Assembly (NCBI GenBank): GCA_903901225.1
Contig: CAIUQE010000019.1
Coordinates: 1,146-65,145 of the forward strand
Direction of reading: 5' to 3'
Origin: Candidatus Omnitrophota bacterium
GTDB lineage: Bacteria; Omnitrophota; Gorgyraeia; Zapsychrales; Fredricksoniimonadaceae
Length of the DNA stretch: 64,000 nt
Below the pieces are notes generated by a model. That model searched no databases. It was not told the origin of the DNA and was given only the letters and a program-made list of their open reading frames with translations. This document shows positions 30,201-37,832 of the stretch, piece after piece. The position numbers and the translations under genes are program-made. Position 1 is the first letter of the stretch, and each line of letters opens with the position of its first letter.

Positions 30201-30585
30201 GGCTAATAAAGAAAACAGCCTGATCTCGGCATTGAATACACAGGCCAGGTACACATTTCGGTCAGGAGATATAACAAAATTCTCCACCGTTATAAAAAAG
30301 ATCATACCTCTGCCGCAGGTTCAAGAAAATGTAATAAATCTCATTAAAACATCCCTGCATAACAGGGAGGTTGTTATCGTTGCCTTTGGAGCAAGGGCCA
30401 AGTTCAAAATGCGATCAGACACCAACTCAATGTTGCACGACTTTGAGCAGCATTTGAATAATGTTTCCACAGGTACTATTGAGCCTCTTCCTGTTTATGC
30501 CGATCAGGCCATGTCTCTTGAGAAAGATCTCGGCGGTATTGACCTTGATCCCGCCGCTGCTCAAAGGCATCAAGGTTTATCGTAA
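27256..30585 (+). CDS. Sandwich-family secreted protein, copy 2 (unknown cargo; C-terminal tail truncated after GGIDLDPA)
   Basis: ATG 27256 after GGAG; signal peptide (VYA-Q); LLKGIKV..DPFRFDFILDKGD, RLIKYFLASLT.PE.DLWVNLSPYEKDRI, PRKYFSGG; DQAM...GGIDL at 30502-30546. Confidence 0.88.
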   Translation: MKLDVKRILHGILAGILILAFIVPDLRVYAQGVISLPEPGVGFALSPAFSPVLLKGIKVRLNDPFRFDFILDKGDGTATAAQIKADATRLIKYFLASLTIPESDLWVNLSPYEKDRIIPDAFGQTGMGRDLLVLDYLLKKTMAMLLHPDGAVGKKFWEKLYARAYEVYGTTDIPIDTFNKVWITTDSAEIYARSKDEGTPVQAAVAFVTATHLKVMLESDYVALSHQRDRADSSAPAEDVALSRTTQGADAMSVGEDFMSSRHDLEKNVLREIIIPVLEKEVNEGRDFSQLRQIYTSLVLATWYKKELTNALVTRVYADQGKVAGITHHDPGMQQRIWDSYAETFRKGVYNLIREEVDPASGETIPRKYFSGGVVLHGDYATTQERPSAEGPGDYAAMTVDLAQDTTGEATTLNDILGPSAEQAVMAKYFSRGKLPSHVRKFLSGRNELVRDNNTKEFVRRLMDIMETVGPDVGNMIIDFMRGELGGKFLLKDLVDPGVLSVLFRGDKDTQALLEMAVEENDPRYIGSALADFFKKEFDQEDDFQTVTRAALLLRCLYGFPQERVPLVYLTALETSGILELFRYVHRNPALKGQYSFLTPGNPIVTAILENNGPELVRLINEIPCPPAKKAGLLLPIKKMLAHYGYPLVAIDVGSAADNTLPASDPLPINISLHGQLSAMEDILSDTGADQALVLKAVLKILEDVKETLSHDPHIYKELVASFQDELVKARSSYLQQLAIQHKDNEDALFVAVTQAETAMLLGFDETDIVILKAFHFLKRNKTNPTMERIIKHLKEASSEIDTATLEKISILKDFFTGMIALDLQEEHVIYAKEARTLRDFDIDQFYRNNIEHGFQDLVIAMMEETGADKESVQNYLTSKKIFPNGQMALLNVNEYPVLRINSSFVNERLLKIMTRDVKDAIRKILDGVADGNQHIPFIYRTTLGNQKNFSIYVRINGVIGNNELRHAGLADIEIKDLLNALANKENSLISALNTQARYTFRSGDITKFSTVIKKIIPLPQVQENVINLIKTSLHNREVVIVAFGARAKFKMRSDTNSMLHDFEQHLNNVSTGTIEPLPVYADQAMSLEKDLGGIDLDPAAAQRHQGLS
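27917..28039. repeat. Intragenic palindrome cluster in copy 2, including a GTAG-type REP
   Basis: GCCCTGTCCC-atcaga-GGGACAGGGC (27922-27947); direct repeat ACGTAGCCCTGTCCC (27917-27931 and 27971-27985); GTAG-GGGAGGAC-tttat-GTCCTCCC (28015-28039). Confidence 0.85.
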
Positions 30586-33500
30586 TGACCCGTTCCGGTT
30601 TGATTTCATCCTCGACAAAGGTGATGGCAAGGCCGTGGAGGCGCAGACAAAAACGGATGCCACCCGGTTGATCAAATATTTCCTTGCGTCGCTGACGGTT
30701 CCCGAGAAAGACCTGTGGGTCAACCTCTCGCCCTATGAAAAAGACCGCATCGTGCCCGAAGCCTTCGGGAAGACCGAGATGGGCCGTGATCTTCTCGCGC
30801 AGGATTACATCCTCAAGCAAATAACAGCATCGCTCATTTACCCCGATGAAAAGACCGGCAAGGAATTCTGGGCCAAAGTTTACGCCGAAGCACAGCGTCG
30901 TTACGGCACAACGGACATCCCGGTCGACACCTTCAACAAGGTCTGGATCATCCCCGAAAAAGCCACCGTCTACGAACACAAAGACGCCGTATATGTGGTT
31001 GAGAGCCGATTGAAAGTCATGTTGGAAACGGATTATATTGCGATGACGCGGGCGGACACAAGGTCCGCCCCTACAACGCAAGGTGTTGACTTCGTGAGCG
31101 TAGGGGAGGACCTTGTGTCCTCCCGCCATGAGCTCGCCAAGAATGTTCTGCGCGAGATCATCATCCCCGCCCTTGAAAAAGAAGTCAACGAAGGCCAAAA
31201 CTTCGCCACGCTGCGCCAGGTCTACAATTCCCTGATTCTAGCCACCTGGTACAAGCGCAAGGTCAAGGCCGGCATCCTTGGCCAGGCGTATGTCGACAAA
31301 AAGAAGACGGGCGGCATCGACATCAAGGACAAGAACGAAAAGGAAAAGATCTGGGCCCAGTACGTCGAGGCGTTCAGGAGGGGGGCGTATAACCTTATCA
31401 GGGAAGAATACGACTCGACGACCAGATCCACTACTCCGAGAAAATATTTCGCGGGAGGATTGGCCTTGAGTGTGGACGCCGCGATGGATATTACGTCAGA
31501 TGCGGCAAGCGTGGCAAGTATGCCTGGTGATAGATTTGAAATCATCATTTCGTCTCTTTTATCGGTCGACAGGGCGATGTCTGAGAGGGATAGTCACGTG
31601 CCGCCTACTGTTGAAATGGTAAACCGGATAAATAATCTTGTTGAAGCGCTTGGCAGTCCAGACGGGCTGGTGCGTGCGCATGCGGCTAAAGAGCTTCTTA
31701 AGATGGATGAAAAGGGAGTGAGGCAGTCGTTATTTGAAAATGGTTACTGGTCTGAAAAAGAGTCAATGTCAGGCAAGTTCAGAGCGTTGATCTTGAAAAA
31801 AGTACCGGCATGGAAGTTGGTGCTGGAGGCGTTCAACACACTGAATGTTTTTGATGGTTATGAAAAGATAGACATGCGTAATAATCCTGCAAGATATCTG
31901 GCCCTGGGCATGGAGGTCATGTTTTGGCCAAAAAGGTATTCATTTTATTCTTGGTGGAATTTTTCAACATATCTTTTAGCGATGAAGGATTATGACCAGT
32001 TTATCGATTATGTGGCTTTTAGTCCGGCCAAAGTGTTCAGCACGGAGTCGATCTTATCAGAAGTCAGAAGCACCCAAAGTTATTCGCAAAAGAAGTTCTT
32101 CCTGGATGTTTTGATCCGCCGGAAAGAGCCGAAAGCAGTTGAACTGTCTTGGGCATGGATCGGAAGAAAGGGGACTGTTAATGATTTTCACAGCGCTTTG
32201 CAGGATTCAATTGAAGGATATTTGAAGGACGCGGACCCAAAATTTGTTTCAGCAGCATTTTTCTCCCGTGAGGCCAGGAAAGGTCCTGGCAAGCTGGCGA
32301 TAGATTATTTGAATATTTTCCCGACGGCTTCGGCGCTTAAAGATGATGTGAGCATCATGTCGACATCCAGCTGCCCTTTCAACTGCAGGATGTGCGTTGC
32401 CAAGAAAATCCGCAGGGAGCGCAACCCTGATGTCCCTAAAGCAGAATTGTTCAGGCGGATCGATCAGGTCAGGGGCGCCTCGAGGATCCGGTTCGTTGGA
32501 CCCGGTGAAACGACAGCTTATGGAAAACAGGATTTATCGGAACCTGGATTTTCCAGGGACTTTATTGATGTGCTCAAGTATGCGTCCGAAGCTGCTGATG
32601 AGATCTATGTTGTGACCAACGGCCTTTTAATCCCCGCCGACATGGATCAAGCCAGAAGTCTGCTGGGAAATCTTCCCAATAACATTGTTTGGATCCTTTC
32701 AGTTGATGAGCAACACGCGGCAGAAATGGCAAGAGTTCAGGACGGCAAGAAACTTACAGATCTGGTGATGGTGTTCGAAGGATTGCATAATGAGGATCAT
32801 ATTAAGGCAGGATATTTTGTGGCGGCCACCTTTTCCGACCAATCGAAAGTTACAAGACAGTTTGGATTGAGGGATGCCGAGAAAGAGCACCGGGTTACAG
32901 CTTTTCCGATCATAGAACAAGGTGTCGCCGCAGAAGCGATGAAGGGTGAAGTTTCGTACAGGGACCCTGGCCATTACAATGATCACTCAAAGGAGGAGGG
33001 CAGGACAGACCTGTACATTGATATGGATGGCTTCGTTGTGGGTTCAAACCATGTCGCTTTCATGACTTCCGGGGAAAGAAAGACTATTCGCACGTTCAAT
33101 ATTTTTGGGAATGTTCAGGAGCAGCCCTTATCCGATTTTATGCTTATAAAATACAAGACAAGGGCGATATGGAACGACTATGGCAGTGAAAAAGAATTTT
33201 TTGAATGCTGTAAATATCTTCTCAAGGCGATCGCGTTGTATTTAGATGGTAATGAAAAAGAACTGCAAGGACAATTGACCATCATAAGGGCCATGCCAAT
33301 GAATTTGAGAAAGAAGGTTGTCGAAAAGTTACATGGGAATTTTGAATGGATAGATCTGAGGGAACGTGTATTACTTGGTATTTGGTTTAGCCGCTATTTA
33401 CCGGATTGGTGGGAGCTTATCCTAAAGAAAGACAAGGTCCATTACTTTGGCAACTTGACGCAGCTTTTTTCTTCCAAAGGTACTCAGACGGGAGATAATG

Positions 33501-33697
33501 CCGAGGTTGCACAAAACGGCGGTATCGACCTCAACCCCTCTAAAATTGACATGGCCACGAAGAACAGCGGCGCGCCGATCGATCTCAACCTCGACCCCGC
33601 GATGCTCTGGCGTATGCAGGATGCTTCCGGCGTCACACCTGTCATTGTCGGCATCCATGCTCTTGGAAGCCTGCGGCAGTTCCTCGAAATTCCGTAG
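30461..33697 (+). CDS. Sandwich-family protein, copy 3 (HEAT-like plus radical SAM cargo); family signal peptide missing
   Basis: Family homology begins at PPLLKGIKV (30551); PRKYFAGG; CPFNCRMC (32372-32395); C-terminal GGIDLNP...DPAM...GVTPVI...QFLE. Upstream in-frame ATGs lie inside copy 2. Confidence 0.8.
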   Translation: MFPQVLLSLFLFMPIRPCLLRKISAVLTLIPPLLKGIKVYRNDPFRFDFILDKGDGKAVEAQTKTDATRLIKYFLASLTVPEKDLWVNLSPYEKDRIVPEAFGKTEMGRDLLAQDYILKQITASLIYPDEKTGKEFWAKVYAEAQRRYGTTDIPVDTFNKVWIIPEKATVYEHKDAVYVVESRLKVMLETDYIAMTRADTRSAPTTQGVDFVSVGEDLVSSRHELAKNVLREIIIPALEKEVNEGQNFATLRQVYNSLILATWYKRKVKAGILGQAYVDKKKTGGIDIKDKNEKEKIWAQYVEAFRRGAYNLIREEYDSTTRSTTPRKYFAGGLALSVDAAMDITSDAASVASMPGDRFEIIISSLLSVDRAMSERDSHVPPTVEMVNRINNLVEALGSPDGLVRAHAAKELLKMDEKGVRQSLFENGYWSEKESMSGKFRALILKKVPAWKLVLEAFNTLNVFDGYEKIDMRNNPARYLALGMEVMFWPKRYSFYSWWNFSTYLLAMKDYDQFIDYVAFSPAKVFSTESILSEVRSTQSYSQKKFFLDVLIRRKEPKAVELSWAWIGRKGTVNDFHSALQDSIEGYLKDADPKFVSAAFFSREARKGPGKLAIDYLNIFPTASALKDDVSIMSTSSCPFNCRMCVAKKIRRERNPDVPKAELFRRIDQVRGASRIRFVGPGETTAYGKQDLSEPGFSRDFIDVLKYASEAADEIYVVTNGLLIPADMDQARSLLGNLPNNIVWILSVDEQHAAEMARVQDGKKLTDLVMVFEGLHNEDHIKAGYFVAATFSDQSKVTRQFGLRDAEKEHRVTAFPIIEQGVAAEAMKGEVSYRDPGHYNDHSKEEGRTDLYIDMDGFVVGSNHVAFMTSGERKTIRTFNIFGNVQEQPLSDFMLIKYKTRAIWNDYGSEKEFFECCKYLLKAIALYLDGNEKELQGQLTIIRAMPMNLRKKVVEKLHGNFEWIDLRERVLLGIWFSRYLPDWWELILKKDKVHYFGNLTQLFSSKGTQTGDNAEVAQNGGIDLNPSKIDMATKNSGAPIDLNLDPAMLWRMQDASGVTPVIVGIHALGSLRQFLEIP
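31050..31124. repeat. Inverted pair of GTAG-type REP hairpins (REP doublet) inside copy 3
   Basis: GGGCGGAC-acaag-GTCCGCCC-CTAC (31050-31074), 25-nt spacer, GTAG-GGGAGGAC-cttgt-GTCCTCCC (31100-31124). Confidence 0.88.
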
Positions 33698-33739
33698 TGA
33701 GATATCTCAAGACAGAGTATTTTCGATCCTCCGCCTTCA

Positions 33740-33768
33740 TTGACAAACATTTCCCCCTGTGATACATT
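33740..33768 (+). promoter_or_regulatory. Sigma70 promoter for bamD-lptE
   Basis: TTGACA-17 nt-TACATT with an extended TG. Confidence 0.65.
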
Positions 33769-33786
33769 GGGCGCACTGTGTTTTAT

Positions 33787-34749
33787 ATGAAAATCAGGCC
33801 TACTCTTATAGCTCTTGTTGTCGTCGCCTCCGCCATGGCCATGGCCGCGCCGGCCCATGCCTTCTGGATCTGGACGCCGGAAAGTGGCAAGTGGGTCAAT
33901 CCCAAATACTCCGTTAAGCCTTCGCCGCAGGAACAGCTGGCCTACGCCGATACTTTTTTTCAGGCGGGCAAGTACCCGGAGGCGATGCGCGAATACAAGA
34001 AACTTTTGAAGCATTATCCCAAGGCCCGCGAGGCCGCTGAGGCGCAGTTCAATATGGGCCGCGCCTGGGAGGACCTGAAGAAATTCTGGCGCGCCGTTGA
34101 AGAATACCAGAAGGTCGTGGATCGTTATCCTTTCAGCGACCTTGGCCCCAAGGTCGTGGAGCGGCAGTACGCCATCGCGGACCTTTTTCTCGAGGGTAAG
34201 GCCAAGGACCATGAGTTCGCCCAGTCATTGCTGGGGACGGATTATCAGGTCCCCGAGGTTTTCCTGAAAGTCATCAAGAACGACCCTTATGGTCCGCTCG
34301 CGCCTGTGTCCCAATACAAGATCGGTCTTTTTTACCTGGCCAAGCGTGATTACCAGCAGGCCCGTGACGCTTTTGAGAAGACGGTCAACGATTATCCGGA
34401 TTCCAAGTGGGCGGAAGCGGCGCGTTACCAGATCGCGGTCGCGGACGCCAAGCGCTCAGTCGGGGCCCAGTATGACCAAAAAACAACGAATATCGCCGTC
34501 CAGGGGTTTGAGGATTACGTGAAGCTGAACCCTGAATCCGACCTTTCCGCCTCCGCCAAGGAACAGATCAACAAATTACGGGAGAAGGAAGCGGAAAATA
34601 ATTTTGTGGTCGGTGAGTATTACGCGAAAATGAAGAGGTACAATTCCGCCAGGATATACTGGCAGACCGTCGTCGACAAGTATGCTGACACGCCCTGGGC
34701 CGCCAAAGCCTCCGCGCAGCTCAAGGCCATTGCGGGTAAAGCTTCATGA
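33787..34749 (+). CDS. bamD: Outer membrane assembly factor BamD-like TPR protein
   Basis: Signal peptide; repeated TPR/YP.S motifs; YDQ..T..A...F..Y...PES, E.NF.VG.YY; directly upstream of lptE. Confidence 0.8.
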   Translation: MKIRPTLIALVVVASAMAMAAPAHAFWIWTPESGKWVNPKYSVKPSPQEQLAYADTFFQAGKYPEAMREYKKLLKHYPKAREAAEAQFNMGRAWEDLKKFWRAVEEYQKVVDRYPFSDLGPKVVERQYAIADLFLEGKAKDHEFAQSLLGTDYQVPEVFLKVIKNDPYGPLAPVSQYKIGLFYLAKRDYQQARDAFEKTVNDYPDSKWAEAARYQIAVADAKRSVGAQYDQKTTNIAVQGFEDYVKLNPESDLSASAKEQINKLREKEAENNFVVGEYYAKMKRYNSARIYWQTVVDKYADTPWAAKASAQLKAIAGKAS

Positions 34750-35264
34750 AGAAAGCGGTCCTTCTAGTCCTGGTCCTGTTGCTGGCCGGCTGCGGTTATA
34801 GCACCAGATCCCTCCTGCCGAGCCGTTTCCGCACGATCTATATCGAGCCTTTTGAGAACAAGGTCGATTACATGAACACCACCGAGCGCAAACTTTATAT
34901 TCCCGGCATGGAAACGCGCGTGCGCGAGGCCGTGGTGGACCGCTACCTCTTCGATGGCAACCTGCGCATCGGCAACAAGGATACGGCGGACCTTGTGCTC
35001 AAGGGGCAGTTGCTGAGCTTTGAGCGCGAGCAGCTCAGCCTCCAGCCGAACGAATCTGTCCAGGAATACCGGCTTCGCGTGACCGTTGCGCTTGAGCTTG
35101 TTGATTCTGTTGAAAAGCAGCCGATGTGGAAAGAAACTGCTTTCGCGGGTGAGGCCACATATTATACGGTTGGTCCTTTGGCCAAACCTGAAGCCCAGGC
35201 GATCGACGAAGCCATCAAAGACCTGGCCTTGCGCGTGGTCGCCCGTACCGTTGAAGCCTGGTAA
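34746..35264 (+). CDS. lptE: LPS assembly lipoprotein LptE family
   Basis: Lipobox LAGC-GY; TIYI.PF.N, AD.VL.G, EYRL..TV..., E..AI; lies before holA. Confidence 0.82.
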   Translation: MKKAVLLVLVLLLAGCGYSTRSLLPSRFRTIYIEPFENKVDYMNTTERKLYIPGMETRVREAVVDRYLFDGNLRIGNKDTADLVLKGQLLSFEREQLSLQPNESVQEYRLRVTVALELVDSVEKQPMWKETAFAGEATYYTVGPLAKPEAQAIDEAIKDLALRVVARTVEAW

Positions 35265-35300
35265 GGCCAGCTTCTCCCAACCCCGGCCTGATATTGAAAC

Positions 35301-35954
35301 ATGCCCCTGCATCAGCTCATCCTTGGTCCTGATGTCCCCTTGCGCGACAAAGCCCTTCGCGTCCTGAAAGCCCGTTTTCTTAAAACTCCCGAGGCCTTGA
35401 AGTTCGACCTGAATTATCTCGACGCGCAGGACCTTGCGTTCCAGGACCTCAAGGCCGCTTTGTTGACACTGCCGGCGGTGGCGGAGAGGCGGGTCGTTTT
35501 TGTCAGCCGCGCGGAGAAGCTTGACGAACAGCAGCTTGAACTCATCGAGCAGGTGATCGACCGTGACGCTTTGGGCTGCGTCATCGTGCTTGAGGCGGCG
35601 CAATGGGACAAGAGGGTCCCGGCGCGCAAGCGCCTCGCGGCCAAGCTGGAGGTTTCCGGTGGTGAACCAAAGCTCACGGCCTTTGACTTGTTTCGGGACT
35701 TGCCCCGTGACCGCGCGGGCATGCTCGCGCGGCTTGGGGAACTTTTAGAGGATGAGGCGGTGGAGAATATTTTGGGCGCCTTGCGGTGGTGGTGGTGCCA
35801 TGAGATGAAAAGGTCGATCGCGGCGGTAAAATATAAAAAAGGCCTCCTGGTCATCCAGGAGGCCGATCAGAGGATCAAGTTAAGCGGCCTGCTCTCGCGG
35901 GAGCAGTCGATCGAAGTGGCTCTGGTCAAGCTTTCTTCGTTGATAAAAGCTTAG
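35301..35954 (+). CDS. holA: DNA polymerase III delta subunit (short form)
   Basis: L.LG.D...RD, FD...LDA, LTLP...ERRVV.V..AE.L, EAD..IK.SG; conserved lptE-holA-rpsT order. Confidence 0.7.
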   Translation: MPLHQLILGPDVPLRDKALRVLKARFLKTPEALKFDLNYLDAQDLAFQDLKAALLTLPAVAERRVVFVSRAEKLDEQQLELIEQVIDRDALGCVIVLEAAQWDKRVPARKRLAAKLEVSGGEPKLTAFDLFRDLPRDRAGMLARLGELLEDEAVENILGALRWWWCHEMKRSIAAVKYKKGLLVIQEADQRIKLSGLLSREQSIEVALVKLSSLIKA

Positions 35955-36189
35955 CGAAGCGGGCCTTGCGGCGGGCAGCTGTCTTCTTGTGCATGATATT
36001 GCGTTTGGCCGCTTTATCGATCTTCTTGTAGACCAAAGGCAGGAGCTCCTTGGCTTTCTTTTCATCGACAGCGACGGAAGCCACGTAAGCTTTGATGGTT
36101 TTTCTGAGTTCGGATTTGATATCCAGATTGTGCATCTGGCGCGCGCGGTTCTTCTTGAGGTCTTTAACGGCGGTTTTACGTTGAGGCAC
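35926..36189 (-). CDS. rpsT: 30S ribosomal protein S20
   Basis: GTG start after AAGGAG; PQRKTAVK..KKN..R..HN...KSELRKTIK...IDKAAKRNIMHK.TAARRKAR. Confidence 0.95.
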   Translation of the reverse strand: MPQRKTAVKDLKKNRARQMHNLDIKSELRKTIKAYVASVAVDEKKAKELLPLVYKKIDKAAKRNIMHKKTAARRKARFAKLLSTKKA

Positions 36190-36244
36190 GAGTTTTACTC
36201 CTTGTTGTTTGTTAGGTTCGAAAGTATAACAAACGGGTTTTTTT

Positions 36245-37816
36245 ATGTCAACTGATAAAAATGAGCACGACCATTCGCTCCGGGGCATATTGCGCTCCAC
36301 CTCCGTGATGTCGCTGGGAACCCTGGCCAGCCGCGCGCTGGGGTTTGTGCGGGACATCATTTTCGCGCATTTTTTCGGAACGGCCGCGGGGGCGGACGCG
36401 TTCGTCGTGGCGTTCCGCCTGCCGAACCTTTTCCGGGACCTGGTGGGCGAGGGGGCGGCCAATTCCTCCTTTGTCCCGGTCATGACCGAATACAAGGAAA
36501 GGAAGCCGGAGGAACTGGCCGGGTTTCTTAACGCGATCCTGGTCTGGGCGTTCATCGTGCTGTGCGCCATCACCCTGGCGTGCATTGTCCTCGCGCCCCT
36601 GGTGGTCAGGCTCATCGCGCCTGGCTTCGCGGAGGAACCTGGCAAGCTCGGGATGGCCGTGACGTTGACCCGCATCATGTTCCCCTATCTCGTCCTGATC
36701 GGGCTGACGGCGTTATTTTCCGCCATCCAGTTCGCCTATGGCGCTTTTGTCATGCCGGCGTTCGGGCCATGCCTGCTCAATATCGCGCTTATTGCGTCGA
36801 CCCTTGCCGCCGTGGCCTGGATGAAGACGCCGGTCTACGGGCTGGCCTGGGGCGTTCTCGCGGGCGGGTTCCTGCAACTGTATTTCCAGTGGCGCACCCT
36901 GGCCGGGCATGGGGTTGTTTTCCGCTGGCCGTTAACGCTGTTCCATCCGGGCGCGCGCCAGATCGGGCGGCTCCTTTTGCCGCGCCTGGTCGGGTCCGCG
37001 GTCTATCAGCTCAATGTTTTTGTCGATACGATCTGCGCCTCGCTCACGGCCATTGTCGGGGCCGGCGGAATTTCGGCCATTTATTACGCGAACCGGATCG
37101 TGCTTTTCCCGATGGGGGTTTTTGGCGTCGCGCTCGCCGCGGCGACCCTGCCGGCGTTCGCGCGGCACGTGGTGGCGGATGACAAGGAAGAGTTGCGCCG
37201 GACCATTGTTTTCGCCCTGGAGAATATCTTTTTCGTGATGATGCCGACGACCATCTTTTTGTGCCTTCTGGCGGAGCCGCTGACGCGGGTCGTTTTCCAG
37301 CGCGGGGTGTTCGACGCGTATTCCACGACGGTCACGGCGTCGGTCCTCTTTTTCTTCAGCCTGGGCCTCATGGGTTATGGCGGGGTGAAGATACTCGCCT
37401 CCGCCTTTCATGCCATGCAGGACACCCGCACGCCGGTGAAGGTCGCCTTGCTGTGCCTCGTCGTGAACGCGGCGCTTAATCTTATCCTGATGTTCCCCAT
37501 GAAGCTTTCCGGCATCGCCCTGGCGAGCGCGATCGCGTCTTTGGTCAATGTCGGGACGCTGTTCATGATCCTGGAGCGGCGGCTTGCCGGCTTGAAAGGC
37601 GCCTTTGGCGCTTATTTCGCGCGGCTGTTCGCGGCCGGTATTGTGATGGGAGCCCTCATCTGGGGGCTGTGGCACGGCCTCAGCGGGATCCCGGAGCTGG
37701 CACGGCTTTTCGTGGCCGCGCTCCTGGGCGGGGCAGGTTATCTTGCGGCGGCGTTCGTGTTCGGGCTGGAGCAGGCGCGCCAGCTTGTCAGGAAGCTCAT
37801 ACGCCTGCCGTCCTGA
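36245..37816 (+). CDS. murJ: Lipid II flippase MurJ
   Basis: SRALGFVRD, DAF.VAFRLPN.FR.L.GEGA...SFVP, YYANR...P.GVFG, F.A.QDTRTP. Confidence 0.96.
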   Translation: MSTDKNEHDHSLRGILRSTSVMSLGTLASRALGFVRDIIFAHFFGTAAGADAFVVAFRLPNLFRDLVGEGAANSSFVPVMTEYKERKPEELAGFLNAILVWAFIVLCAITLACIVLAPLVVRLIAPGFAEEPGKLGMAVTLTRIMFPYLVLIGLTALFSAIQFAYGAFVMPAFGPCLLNIALIASTLAAVAWMKTPVYGLAWGVLAGGFLQLYFQWRTLAGHGVVFRWPLTLFHPGARQIGRLLLPRLVGSAVYQLNVFVDTICASLTAIVGAGGISAIYYANRIVLFPMGVFGVALAAATLPAFARHVVADDKEELRRTIVFALENIFFVMMPTTIFLCLLAEPLTRVVFQRGVFDAYSTTVTASVLFFFSLGLMGYGGVKILASAFHAMQDTRTPVKVALLCLVVNAALNLILMFPMKLSGIALASAIASLVNVGTLFMILERRLAGLKGAFGAYFARLFAAGIVMGALIWGLWHGLSGIPELARLFVAALLGGAGYLAAAFVFGLEQARQLVRKLIRLPS

Positions 37817-37832
37817 AAAGGGATGGTCCTTC

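Noticed and set aside
36190-36678. N-terminal extension of the 250-aa ORF containing rpsT
   Set aside because: Overlaps murJ antisense; the real start is the GTG at 36189 with an AAGGAG SD.
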